The position numbers were made by a program, and so were the translations under genes. DNA of 64,000 bases from Arcobacteraceae bacterium (GTDB lineage: Bacteria; Campylobacterota; Campylobacteria; Campylobacterales; Arcobacteraceae). Below, piece by piece: positions 10,528 through 20,001 of this stretch. The stretch lies in NCBI GenBank assembly GCA_021107755.1, contig JAIOSF010000032.1:18094-82093 (forward strand), in the 5' to 3' direction. How positions within the stretch are numbered: the first letter of the stretch is position 1; each line of letters starts with the position of its first letter. The notes under the pieces are model-generated. The model was not told the origin of the DNA and ran no database searches. It was given only the letters and a program-made list of their open reading frames with translations.

Positions 10528-11400
10528 TTATTTCTTCCAGAAATTATAAAAATTGAACCATTGTGTAGGGTATTGTATCAAGGTATTTGAAAGATATTTT
10601 ACATACTGTTTCATACTTTGATTGATAGCTTCTTCAACAGGTAGATTATAATCTAATTCTATTTTGTGAAATTTTACCTCATATTTGAGTAATTCTTTAT
10701 AAATTACAAAAATTAAGATGATTGGTTTTTTTGTTTTGTATGCAATAACAAAAGGATTTTTGTTAAAATTTGCTTTTTCTCCAAAAAACTCTACTGGATA
10801 ATTATGTTTAGAATCGATAGCTCTATCACCCATTAGAGCAACAGATTCATTATCTAGTAGTGCATTAGCTATAGTTATATAAGCGTGAATTAAACCTTTT
10901 GAAAGATCTATAATATTGATATTTTTCGTATGTTTTCTATCTATAATATCTTCAAACTCTTTAGCACTATTTAACATAGCTTCACTCATAACAACATGAA
11001 TATTAGTTTCATTATCACGAAAATAATTTGTGGAAGTTGCCCATCCACCAAAATGATTTGCAAGTAATATTGAACCACTTTTTATCTCTTTTAGAAGTGT
11101 TTCTCGTTCTTTGTTTTCAAATTGATATAATTCTGGATCAGATTTAGATATAAATCTATCTGAGGTTGCGATAGCATAGTGTAATAGATGTTGAAAATAT
11201 ACTTTATTTGAAAATGGAATATTAAGATGTTTATAATATATCTTTAATGATTCTCGTACATTTCTCGCAAATAAAAAGTAGTACGATACGACGAAGTACA
11301 AACTATAATAAACGAACTTGTAGCCAAATAACTTATATAATTTATAAAGAGTTTTTACAATAATACCACCAACTCTTTGTTTCTGAGACATAAAGAACAA
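10528..11400 (-). CDS. lysophospholipid / lipid A (LpxL-HtrB-like) acyltransferase
   Basis: 290 aa. N-terminal TM, NHFGGW (HX4-type acyltransferase region). Typical member of APE clusters. Confidence 0.6.
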   Translation of the reverse strand: MFFMSQKQRVGGIIVKTLYKLYKLFGYKFVYYSLYFVVSYYFLFARNVRESLKIYYKHLNIPFSNKVYFQHLLHYAIATSDRFISKSDPELYQFENKERETLLKEIKSGSILLANHFGGWATSTNYFRDNETNIHVVMSEAMLNSAKEFEDIIDRKHTKNINIIDLSKGLIHAYITIANALLDNESVALMGDRAIDSKHNYPVEFFGEKANFNKNPFVIAYKTKKPIILIFVIYKELLKYEVKFHKIELDYNLPVEEAINQSMKQYVKYLSNTLIQYPTQWFNFYNFWKK

Positions 11401-11495
11401 TTCCTACCTATAATATATATTAATTTTTATAATCTAAATTATAACTAAAGTTAACTAATTATATAATAAGATTATGTTTTAACTTAGGAGAAATA

Positions 11496-12707
11496 ATGGT
11501 AAATACTGATGTGGTAATAATTGGTGGTGGTCCTAGTGGTAGCCTTGCAGCATGTAAACTTTTAAAAGAGGGATACAGTGTTACTGTTCTTGAGAGACTG
11601 GAGTTTCCCAGATTTGTAATAGGTGAATCACTACTTCCTAGATGTAATGAACTTTTAGATAAAAATGGATTAATAGATATTATAAAAGAACAAGGCTATA
11701 TAGTAAAAGGTGGAGCTATTTTTATTGATGAAAATAAACAAGAAGAGATAGTTGATTTTACAAATAACCTTGGGCAAAAATGGGGAACAAGTTTTCAAGT
11801 AAAAAGAGAAGAGTTTGATAATGTTCTTTTAGAAACAGCAAAAAAATTAGGTGCAGTTGTACTTCATAAATACACTGTAACTGATTATAACAATGACGAA
11901 AATATTATTACAGCTATAGATGATAAAGATGCAACACATACTTTTAAAGCAAAATTTGTTTTAGATGCTTCTGGTTACGGAAGAGTATTACCAAAATTAT
12001 TAGACTTAGATATCCCATCAGATTTGAAACTTAGAAATGCAATATTTACAAGAATTAAGGGTGAAAAAAGAAGAGCCCAAGAGAAAGAGGGATTTATAGA
12101 TATTGTAATTCATGATAACAATCAAGCTTGGCTTTGGATTATACCTTTTAGTGATGGTACAACTTCTATGGGGATAGTATGCCAAGAGGATTATTTTAAA
12201 AATACAAATTTATCCTTAGAAGAGTTTTTTGATAAAGTTGTTGATACTCATCCATATTTAAAAGAAAAATTAGAAAATGCAGTAAAATTACAACCAGTTG
12301 GCATCATAGAAGGGTACTCATCTGCAATTAAAAAAATGTATGGAAAAGGATTTGCTCTTAGTGGAAATGCTACAGAATTTTTAGACCCAGTTTTCTCGTC
12401 AGGAGTTACTCTTGCCTTAGAATCTTCAGACAGAGTTGCAGATATGATTATCAAAGAACTTAAAGGTGAAAATCCAGATTGGGAAAAAGATTATGAAGAG
12501 TATATGATGATAGGTATCAATGTATTTAGAGAGTTTGTATATGCATGGTATGAGGGGAAACTTAGAAAAATATTCTATTGTTCTAAAAAATCAGTAACGA
12601 TTAAAAAATCAATAGCATCTATATTATCAGGATATGTATGGGATGAAGATAATTATTTCACAACAAATACAAAAGAGAAAATTGATACTCTTGTGAGTTT
12701 ATGTTAA
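11496..12707 (+). CDS. flavin-dependent halogenase-like FAD monooxygenase
   Basis: FAD fingerprint VVIIGGGPSGS. Both halogenase signatures are present: WxWxIP (AWLWIIPF) and FxxPxxSxG (FLDPVFSSG). Confidence 0.75.
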   Translation: MVNTDVVIIGGGPSGSLAACKLLKEGYSVTVLERLEFPRFVIGESLLPRCNELLDKNGLIDIIKEQGYIVKGGAIFIDENKQEEIVDFTNNLGQKWGTSFQVKREEFDNVLLETAKKLGAVVLHKYTVTDYNNDENIITAIDDKDATHTFKAKFVLDASGYGRVLPKLLDLDIPSDLKLRNAIFTRIKGEKRRAQEKEGFIDIVIHDNNQAWLWIIPFSDGTTSMGIVCQEDYFKNTNLSLEEFFDKVVDTHPYLKEKLENAVKLQPVGIIEGYSSAIKKMYGKGFALSGNATEFLDPVFSSGVTLALESSDRVADMIIKELKGENPDWEKDYEEYMMIGINVFREFVYAWYEGKLRKIFYCSKKSVTIKKSIASILSGYVWDEDNYFTTNTKEKIDTLVSLC

Positions 12708-12731
12708 AAAAGAGGATTTATCCTCTTTTTT
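12706..12731. terminator. bidirectional rho-independent terminator between convergent genes
   Basis: aaaaaagaggatttatcctctttttt: GC-containing stem flanked by an A-run and a T-run. Confidence 0.75.
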
Positions 12732-12739
12732 ATAATTTA

Positions 12740-13264
12740 TTATAGTTTTAACTGACTAATAATTTCTAAAGCTTTTAAAATATTGTTTTTAGCAGCTTCT
12801 TCTGTAGCGGCAACTACTCTATTATAAGCATTTTCTATCTCTTTAGATGTTTTTGTACTAGAGGTTGTAATTGATTTTTGCCATATAATTTGATTGATTT
12901 TTTTAAGCGTCCATGCAAACTCTACATTAACAGTCATATCTCGACCAGCTACAGGTTGTCCAACTTTTACAACAAATATTTCTAATCTATAATCTGCATC
13001 TTTATCTAATACAGTTGAAAATAATTTAGAAGTAGTTATTGTATTTTTTACTGCATTGAAAAGTTCTTCATTCCCAATCTCTTGAATACCTAAAATATCT
13101 ACTTTTTTCCCACCATCTACTGATAATTCAATAGTAGCTTGATGAATAGAGTTTTTATTAAATTGTGGAGTTAATGACTGTGCTGTAATGACACTTCTTT
13201 CACAGCCTGTGAAGGCAAGAGTTATTACAAAAAACAATATTGTAGTTAGTACTTTTTTTAACAT
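12740..13264 (-). CDS. lipoprotein, unknown function
   Basis: 174 aa, lipobox LAFTGC. Confidence 0.6.
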   Translation of the reverse strand: MLKKVLTTILFFVITLAFTGCERSVITAQSLTPQFNKNSIHQATIELSVDGGKKVDILGIQEIGNEELFNAVKNTITTSKLFSTVLDKDADYRLEIFVVKVGQPVAGRDMTVNVEFAWTLKKINQIIWQKSITTSSTKTSKEIENAYNRVVAATEEAAKNNILKALEIISQLKL

Positions 13265-13265
13265 A

Positions 13266-13712
13266 TTATTTACCTTCTTTCATTTTTTCTAACATAGTTT
13301 CAATAGTTTCTAATATCATACCTTCACTAGTTTTTCTAGCTAGTGAAGTTCTAATAGTTTCACCTGCAACAAAAGGATACATATCTCTTGCATCCCTAAA
13401 TTGCATATCAAGTTGTATCATGTAATTACTAATATCCCACATCCATCTATCTTCATATGTTACAAGTACATCAACATTTTGAGGTCTATTTTCATATTTT
13501 CCAGATATAGCATTAAAACCTTTTTGCTGTAATGTAGTAGCAATAATTTCAGAAAGATTTCGCTTATCTGTTTTTAATTGAATTACATAAAAAAGTTTCT
13601 GGGACTCTACTGATGAGTTTGGTACAAGTTTAGCAGTTGATCCAGTGATTGCACAGCCACTGAATAATGCCACTATTAGTAAAGTTACTATTAGTTTATA
13701 TATATTTTTCAT
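13266..13712 (-). CDS. lipoprotein, unknown function
   Basis: 148 aa, lipobox ALFSGC. Confidence 0.6.
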   Translation of the reverse strand: MKNIYKLIVTLLIVALFSGCAITGSTAKLVPNSSVESQKLFYVIQLKTDKRNLSEIIATTLQQKGFNAISGKYENRPQNVDVLVTYEDRWMWDISNYMIQLDMQFRDARDMYPFVAGETIRTSLARKTSEGMILETIETMLEKMKEGK

Positions 13713-13736
13713 TTTTACCTCATTTTAATTTTGTTA

Positions 13737-14519
13737 TTATTTTATAGCAAGAAGTTCAATATTAATTGCAAGTTCTAGATTTTTAATCCAAATATTATAA
13801 TTTTTATGGATAGAATAATCTTTATAAGAAAGTTTATCACTTGTAATATATGTAATATTATATTCTGTAGTTGTATAATCAATTCTTACAATTGCAGTAT
13901 GTACTCTTTGTACCATTCTTGCTAAAATAAAACCATCTTTTTGTTTAGCCATGATCCAACCATTATCCCTACCAGCTTTAATGATTTTATCTCCTATTTC
14001 TGATAAGTTAGTCGATTCTGCTTTAATTTGAGCTTGAGTTACATTATAAATTTTTTCTAATTTACCCGTTGACTCCAAATTAGTATTATTTTTACTATCT
14101 AACATAGCTTTTTTTTCTTCTTCAATAAGGGTACTATTCATCTTTAAAGGTTCAAGTCTAGAGTCAATCTGATTTTCTAAATTACCAATCCATCCATTGT
14201 AATTGTTGTGTATAGTATTATTAGTTTTATCATATTTAAGATTTTTTGCACCGACAAAATGAATTTTATAACTATTATTTGTATATTCTATTTTTATAGT
14301 TGCAGAGTGATTTCTTTTTAATAATGTCGCAATGATAATCTCTTTATTATCTATTTTTTTCATTGTCCAACCTAGAGATTCCCCTGACTCTATAATGATA
14401 GATTCCATAGAACGGTTATCTAACCTTTTTTGAAAGATTTTATTTTCAACATTATATACTGTACCTACTCCACAACCTGCTAAGATTATAGTTGCTATGA
14501 TTAATAAAATATATTTCAT
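13737..14519 (-). CDS. lipoprotein with two copies of a ~85-aa module (IHxNYNxWIxNLE motif)
   Basis: 260 aa, lipobox ILAGC. Internal duplication: ...GWTMKKIDNKEIIIATLLKRNHSATIKIEYTNNSYKIHF...TIHNNYNGWIGNLENQI versus ...GWIMAKQKDGFILARMVQRVHTAIVRIDYTTTEYNITY...SIHKNYNIWIKNLELAI. Confidence 0.65.
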   Translation of the reverse strand: MKYILLIIATIILAGCGVGTVYNVENKIFQKRLDNRSMESIIIESGESLGWTMKKIDNKEIIIATLLKRNHSATIKIEYTNNSYKIHFVGAKNLKYDKTNNTIHNNYNGWIGNLENQIDSRLEPLKMNSTLIEEEKKAMLDSKNNTNLESTGKLEKIYNVTQAQIKAESTNLSEIGDKIIKAGRDNGWIMAKQKDGFILARMVQRVHTAIVRIDYTTTEYNITYITSDKLSYKDYSIHKNYNIWIKNLELAINIELLAIK

Positions 14520-14544
14520 ATAAAATTCCTTTTATTTGAATGAT

Positions 14545-15504
14545 TTAATATCTTATTAAGTAAGTATCACCAAGTTTAGCACCATCCATAGGACTTGATA
14601 ACCATACTGCTGTATCTTTTCCTAAAGCTTCTACAGTTCTACCGAGTACTGCACAAGAGCCTTTGTAAGCACCCCAAAATCCACCACCAGAAATTCTGGC
14701 TGCTTTAAAAGTTTGGTATACCTTATCTCCTTGGACCAGTGCACCACTAATTGTTACATATTTATTATGACCTCTAAATGCTCCACCACGACTAACGGCA
14801 TCAACAATTTCAACTTTAAGTTGAATATCATTTTTCCCAATATCATTTTTGACTACCACATTTAAACCACTTGCTTGTGCTGATTTTAAAATAAACTCAC
14901 TCAATTGTTGATCAATAATACACTCAGCTTTAATATTTGGAGCAATTGGTGCTGTTGGAGCATAAGGGATAATACTTTTGATATAAACAGTTTTCCCCTC
15001 AAGATTTAAATCGCCTGATTTTTTTAGATTACTAGCTACTGTTGTAACTGGTCGAGCAACTACTGGTTGAGATACAGGAGCTTTTCTAACTGCTGAAGTA
15101 GTTTGTGTCATACCAATTTGAGCTAATTCATAGTTGATATTTCTCTCTAAGCTTGTAATCCATTTATTATAGTTTTTGTGAATAGTATTGGCTGTTGCAT
15201 CATAGCTTAACCCTTGACTAGTTTTATAATCTATTTTATACCCTTTTTCTGTATAAGGGATAGATACAACAGCGATATGCTTACCTCTTACATTAATAGT
15301 AGCAGTTAAAAGTCCCTCTTTTACTTTTTTAACAGACCAGTTTTTTCGTAAAGCTCCTTTTTTAATAGCTGTTTCAACTTGCTTGAGTGAACTCTTATTA
15401 GCAATAGTATTACTATTATCTATATTATATATAGTAGCACCGCCACAACCTGCTAACACTAAGATAACTAGCGCAGAGCCAATGTATTGAAGAAAGTTTT
15501 TCAT
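14545..15504 (-). CDS. lipoprotein: one copy of the same module plus a Gly-rich C-terminal domain
   Basis: 319 aa, lipobox VLAGC. N-terminal module ...NWSVKKVKEGLLTATINVRGKHIAVVSIPYTEKGYKIDY...TIHKNYNKWITSLERNI. C-terminal part is possibly DUF4410-like (recollection only). Confidence 0.6.
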   Translation of the reverse strand: MKNFLQYIGSALVILVLAGCGGATIYNIDNSNTIANKSSLKQVETAIKKGALRKNWSVKKVKEGLLTATINVRGKHIAVVSIPYTEKGYKIDYKTSQGLSYDATANTIHKNYNKWITSLERNINYELAQIGMTQTTSAVRKAPVSQPVVARPVTTVASNLKKSGDLNLEGKTVYIKSIIPYAPTAPIAPNIKAECIIDQQLSEFILKSAQASGLNVVVKNDIGKNDIQLKVEIVDAVSRGGAFRGHNKYVTISGALVQGDKVYQTFKAARISGGGFWGAYKGSCAVLGRTVEALGKDTAVWLSSPMDGAKLGDTYLIRY

Positions 15505-15577
15505 TTTTATTCCTTATTTTTTTATAGGGTAATATGATACTTGAATAAGTTTTATAATCTAATAAGATTAGTTAATT

Positions 15578-16273
15578 TTATTTTAAAATTTTTAAAAAAA
15601 ATAGTTTAAGGTGTAATAAAATAAATCTTGTAGTATCTCTATAGTTATCAAAATGACTTACTCTATCTTCAGGCTTAGGGTAAAAACACTCTATAATTGT
15701 TTGTGTAATATGTTTATGTTTCCATATATGTTTGACTATTACTTCTATCTCAAAACTAAATCCCACTTTTGTAGTGCCTAAATCAATAATTGACACAGGG
15801 TAAAGTCTAAATCCACTTAAAGAGTCTTCAATATCATAGCCACTATTCAATCGTATCCAAAAGTTATGAAATGCTCTTCCTATTTTGGACTTTTTTGGAA
15901 TATTATCTATATTGAAATTTCTTGAACCTATAATAATTTGATTTACTAATGTATTTTTTTCAATAAGCTTAATTACTTCACTAGCTAGATGTTGCCCATC
16001 TCCATCCATACTTACAATATTTTTATATCCTAGTTGTTTTGCTTTATTAGCACCTGTTAAAATTGCTTGCCCTTTACCAATATTATGCGGGTGTGTTTCT
16101 ATATGAATACTTTTGTATTTTTCTTCATTTAAAATATCTACTACTTTACTAATAGAACCATCATCTACTACAATTACATTATAGTTATTATCTAAAATAT
16201 CATCTACAACATTTTTTATTGTTTTAGGATTATTAAAAGTAGGAACAACTACTATCGTATCTTGTTTACTCAT
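15578..16273 (-). CDS. family 2 glycosyltransferase (ApeJ-like)
   Basis: VVVPTFNN, VVDDGS, DGDGQH motifs. Confidence 0.8.
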   Translation of the reverse strand: MSKQDTIVVVPTFNNPKTIKNVVDDILDNNYNVIVVDDGSISKVVDILNEEKYKSIHIETHPHNIGKGQAILTGANKAKQLGYKNIVSMDGDGQHLASEVIKLIEKNTLVNQIIIGSRNFNIDNIPKKSKIGRAFHNFWIRLNSGYDIEDSLSGFRLYPVSIIDLGTTKVGFSFEIEVIVKHIWKHKHITQTIIECFYPKPEDRVSHFDNYRDTTRFILLHLKLFFLKILK

Positions 16274-16580
16274 AGGTTATCTCAGCAATCTTACTATTTT
16301 TTTCATCATCTTTTACAATTTTTATTTTTGTTTTCAAGCCATCTTTTTTTATATTATATATTATTGTATCATTGGGTAAAGTATGGGATATAAATTTTGC
16401 AGAATGAAGTTTTTTTATAGGATTATTGAGTATATTTACTATTATCTCTATGAGTAAAAAACCTGGTAGTATTGGATAGTTTGGAAAATGTGCTTTAAAT
16501 ATAGGGTGATCTTCATCGCTTAATTTTACAACTACTTGTGTATTTTCATTTTGAACTATAGTGAATAAATTTTCTAACAA
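16266..16580 (-). CDS. 3-hydroxyacyl-ACP dehydratase (FabZ/FabA-like hotdog)
   Basis: 104 aa; HFPNYPILPGFLLIE catalytic-His region. Confidence 0.7.
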   Translation of the reverse strand: MLENLFTIVQNENTQVVVKLSDEDHPIFKAHFPNYPILPGFLLIEIIVNILNNPIKKLHSAKFISHTLPNDTIIYNIKKDGLKTKIKIVKDDEKNSKIAEITYE

Positions 16581-16592
16581 TTTAATATACCT

Positions 16593-16952
16593 TTATGCTT
16601 CTTTTATAATAACACTAAAGTTACCAGAAATATATGGTTCTGTAGTGTTGGAGAGGTTAAATACTTCAAAATAAAATTGTTTAAATTCTGCAATTTGAGC
16701 TTCTAGTTTTAAGTGAATATGATATTGTAAACTATCAAATTCTCTATGTTGTTCAATATTTTTAACTGTAGCTAGAAAACCTAGTTTTGGTTTACTTTGA
16801 TCTACAAAAGATGAGCTAGATTGTGCAGCAGCCTCTATAAAAGTTGTTAAAGTTGGTATCTCTTTAAATTCACAAAATACAATAGAATTATTTTCATCTT
16901 TTTGGATAATTTTTTTAGCAAAAATTAAAGGGTCTAAATGGGGTAGTGTCAT
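16593..16952 (-). CDS. hotdog-fold protein (dehydratase partner or thioesterase of APE clusters)
   Basis: 119 aa. Adjacent to the FabZ-like gene, as for the ApeI/ApeP pair. No clear catalytic motif was read. Confidence 0.45.
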   Translation of the reverse strand: MTLPHLDPLIFAKKIIQKDENNSIVFCEFKEIPTLTTFIEAAAQSSSSFVDQSKPKLGFLATVKNIEQHREFDSLQYHIHLKLEAQIAEFKQFYFEVFNLSNTTEPYISGNFSVIIKEA

Positions 16953-17620
16953 ATTTTAATCTCTACAATATTTTGTTTTGTTTCATCAAACTGTTTTGCA
17001 ATAACAAATAACTCATAAAGAGAACTTGGAATTTTTATTGAATTATTATCTTTATTTATATCAATATTTGGTGACATTTTAGTTACTCTTATTTTTAAAG
17101 CTACACCAGACTCAAGATACTCTATACAGTTATTTACCTCTTCTATATTTGGGATATTGAGTGTTTCTGTAGCAATAATAAGAATCTCATCCCCATCAAG
17201 TGCCTTAATGGCTCCCATTTTAAGTAAATTTTGTGCTGTATTATCCCCACTTGAAACTGTCATAATTTCGCTTTTATTTCCGTATAACATAGAAAGGTAA
17301 GAGGCTGCTGTATTATAAACAGAATTTTGAAAATCTGTTGGACTTATATGGTCATTACATTTTATACTTTTTAATATACTAGCAGTTGCTGGAATCTCTC
17401 CAAAACTACTTCCATACACAATTCTTCCAATTTTAAAATCAACAGCATTTGCTAAATAAATAGCAATTTTAGCTGCCCTAGTAAGTCTTCTTCTTGTTAC
17501 CATTTTAGGAACTAACTCTTTTGTTTTCAGTTCTACAATCTCATCTTGTTCATAGATAAAAGCAGTATCTAGTATCTCTAAATTTATAGTCATTTTACTT
17601 TCCCAAATACTAAACTGCAA
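16949..17620 (-). CDS. beta-ketoacyl synthase chain-length-factor-like protein (no active-site Cys)
   Basis: 223 aa. Overlaps the KS gene by 31 nt. RRRLTRAAKIAIY... and YGSSFGE regions. Confidence 0.6.
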   Translation of the reverse strand: MQFSIWESKMTINLEILDTAFIYEQDEIVELKTKELVPKMVTRRRLTRAAKIAIYLANAVDFKIGRIVYGSSFGEIPATASILKSIKCNDHISPTDFQNSVYNTAASYLSMLYGNKSEIMTVSSGDNTAQNLLKMGAIKALDGDEILIIATETLNIPNIEEVNNCIEYLESGVALKIRVTKMSPNIDINKDNNSIKIPSSLYELFVIAKQFDETKQNIVEIKI

Positions 17621-18702
17621 TTATTTCCACCAAAAGCAAAAGAGTTACTTATTACATAGTTAATCTCTTTAGATATATTTTGTGTTGATAAATTGATATT
17701 TTTATTTTCTGCATCATTAAGATTTGTACTTGTAGGTATAGTTTGATTATTAATAATTAATTTACAAATAATTGCTTCTAGTGCTCCAGCTGCTCCTAGT
17801 GTATGACCAGTAATTGATTTAGTTGAAGTTACATAAGTGATATTCCCAAATAAACTCTCAATAGCTTTTGCTTCGGCTGAATCATTTGCGCTAGTACCTG
17901 TCCCATGTGCATTGATATAATTTATATTTTCTGTAGTTATTTTTGCTTTGAAAATTGCTTTTTCCATTGCCCTTTTTGCCCCTAACCCATCAGGGTGTGG
18001 ATGTGTCATATGATATGCATCAGAACTATATCCAACACCACAAATTTCTATACTATTTTCATTTGGTTCTGTTTGTACTAAAAGACAAGCGATAGCTTCA
18101 GATACATTCATCCCGTCACGGCTTGTATCAAAAGGTTTACAAGGCTCACTTGAAAGTACACCTAAAGATAAAAAGCCACCAACAGTAGTTTGGGATAATT
18201 GGTCTACTCCTAAAACTAATACATTTTTATAGATACCTTTTGTTATAACTTCATGTGCATATCCTAAAGCATTAGCACTTGAGGTACAGGCTGTAGAGAA
18301 AGAGATTCCATCAAGAAATTTGAATTTTTTTTCAAGTATTGTTTGTATTGTCTGTATATTGTGGTAGTTTGGGTCTACTTTTTTATAATCACCATATTTA
18401 AGATAAATCTCTTCAGTGATTGCTATTCCACCAACTGAAGAACCTACAACTAGCAGGGTGTCTTCAAATGTTGTTAAGTTACTATGAAGAAGAACCTCTT
18501 CACATTTTAATAGTAGATTATCAAAAAAACTTTTTTCTGAAGATATTTTTCCAATAGCTGCTGGAGTATTATTAAAATAATTTGAATCATTTTTTATAAA
18601 ACTATTTTGAGTACAAATATTATGAAAAAGTTGTTCTTCATTATCTCCAGAACAACAAATTAAAGCTGTATTTGTTATATAAGCTTTATTTTTTATTGTC
18701 AT
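17590..18702 (-). CDS. beta-ketoacyl-ACP synthase (KAS II-like, APE-type)
   Basis: Cys context FSTACTSSANALGYA, His motifs NAHGTGTSANDSAE and GHTLGAAGALE. Confidence 0.85.
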   Translation of the reverse strand: MTIKNKAYITNTALICCSGDNEEQLFHNICTQNSFIKNDSNYFNNTPAAIGKISSEKSFFDNLLLKCEEVLLHSNLTTFEDTLLVVGSSVGGIAITEEIYLKYGDYKKVDPNYHNIQTIQTILEKKFKFLDGISFSTACTSSANALGYAHEVITKGIYKNVLVLGVDQLSQTTVGGFLSLGVLSSEPCKPFDTSRDGMNVSEAIACLLVQTEPNENSIEICGVGYSSDAYHMTHPHPDGLGAKRAMEKAIFKAKITTENINYINAHGTGTSANDSAEAKAIESLFGNITYVTSTKSITGHTLGAAGALEAIICKLIINNQTIPTSTNLNDAENKNINLSTQNISKEINYVISNSFAFGGNNCSLVFGKVK

Positions 18703-18940
18703 TTATATAAGTTAAAAGTGATGAGATTGTTGCGAATATAGTATCGTATTTTGTTGAGTCAGTGATCTTCACACCATACTCTTTCTCTATAGCTAAAACA
18801 AGTTCAATAGAATCAACTGAATCTAAACCTAACCCAACATCACCAAATAATGGATCATTGTCATCTATCTCATTTGTTTCTATATCTTCAAGATTAAGAT
18901 ATTTTATTAAAACCTCTTTTAACTCTGTATTGCTTACTAT
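18686..18940 (-). CDS. acyl carrier protein, no canonical start codon (ATA at 18940?)
   Basis: Absent from the ORF track. Own translation gives I-VSNTELKEVLIKYLNLEDIETNEIDDNDPLFGDVGLGLDSVDSIELVLAIEKEYGVKITDSTKYDTIFATISSLLTYINDNKK*. The DSVDS(I/L) ACP motif is present. The frame opens right after TAA 18943-18941, with AAGG 7-8 nt upstream of ATA. The stop overlaps the KS start. Confidence 0.6.
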   Translation of the reverse strand: MVSNTELKEVLIKYLNLEDIETNEIDDNDPLFGDVGLGLDSVDSIELVLAIEKEYGVKITDSTKYDTIFATISSLLTYINDNKK

Positions 18941-19005
18941 TTATTACCTTTTTACTTTACTGTTAATTATCCTGCTATTTTATAATAGAGTTACTTATTA
19001 TCGAA

Positions 19006-20001
19006 TTAGATTGTTTTTAAAATTTTAAAAGCTTCCTCTTCTATTTTTGAAGCTTCAACCAAAAATTTGGCTATCTCTTTGGAATCTAATCTATCTATAT
19101 GCTTTGCACCCATCACACATTTTAAAGCAAATTCTCTTAAAATATCACCAGATTGTGTTATAAGTTCACTTGCAGTTTGCAGTTTGTTATTATCTAAATT
19201 ATATTGCTTTGCCTCTTGTAAAAATGCTGAATATAAAAATCTGAAACCACCACCACCAGTTCCTATCTCTTCTTGCATTCTTACGATATGAGTAAGATAG
19301 TTTTTTACATATCTTTCATCATCATTATTTTCTATTTTTTCAATTGCACTTGCTAGTTTTCTCATCCCTTTTATCCCCGCAAATGGAAAAGGTGTTGTCA
19401 TTGATTTTGCATTTTTTTTGATTGATTTTTTTAATATATTCTCATAGTCAATATTTTGTGGAATATGTTGTGGATAGTATAAAAAACCTTTTGGTGCAAA
19501 AACACCTTTAGCAAATCTTGCGATTGTCAATTTATTTTCTTTTGCTCTTACTACATCTTCAAATACAGGGTCAGAAATAAGATACTCATCATTTTCTTTC
19601 CCATACACAAGTAGATTATGAGCATTAAAATGAAATCTCATATCTTCTGGCATATATGGAAGATAATATACTGAAGTTTGAAGTCCAACAAGTTTCTTTT
19701 CATCTTGTACTAAACGGGTAAGTTCCTTATTTGCTTCAACCATATTTTTATATTGTTTTTTATATATTTTTACACCAAGTCTTTTATCAATATTTTTAAT
19801 AATATTTTTTGGTACCTCTCTATATGCAATTAAGGGCATATTATTAAGTTTTATAATTGGTAAAAAAACAAATGATAAAGAGTGAGTTATTCCAAAAGCC
19901 ATAGGTTCACTAATTGGAAGTCCATAGCTTGTTAAAAGTGTTGAAACTACACCACTTTCACAATGTGCAAATTGATTATGTTTAAAATTATTTTCCATCA
20001 C
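19006..20001 (-). CDS. BtrH N-terminal-domain-like / DUF4872-like protein (putative ACP-dependent acyltransferase, papain-like Cys)
   Basis: 331 aa. N-terminal FAHCESGVVSTLL resembles the remembered BtrH_N Cys motif. Family assignment not verified. Confidence 0.45.
   Translation of the reverse strand: MMENNFKHNQFAHCESGVVSTLLTSYGLPISEPMAFGITHSLSFVFLPIIKLNNMPLIAYREVPKNIIKNIDKRLGVKIYKKQYKNMVEANKELTRLVQDEKKLVGLQTSVYYLPYMPEDMRFHFNAHNLLVYGKENDEYLISDPVFEDVVRAKENKLTIARFAKGVFAPKGFLYYPQHIPQNIDYENILKKSIKKNAKSMTTPFPFAGIKGMRKLASAIEKIENNDDERYVKNYLTHIVRMQEEIGTGGGGFRFLYSAFLQEAKQYNLDNNKLQTASELITQSGDILREFALKCVMGAKHIDRLDSKEIAKFLVEASKIEEEAFKILKTI

Noticed and set aside
11461-11476. Recurrent ATAATAAGATTA motif (also at ~15555 and ~44226) as a shared regulatory site.
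   Set aside because: It is short and extremely AT-rich, and it overlaps TATAAT-like -10 sequences. It is expected by chance in DNA of this composition, and its position relative to the genes is not consistent.
18762-19028. 88-aa plus-strand ORF from the track.
   Set aside because: Low-complexity product antisense to a clear ACP coding frame (18686-18940, minus strand). It also overlaps the end of the BtrH-like gene.
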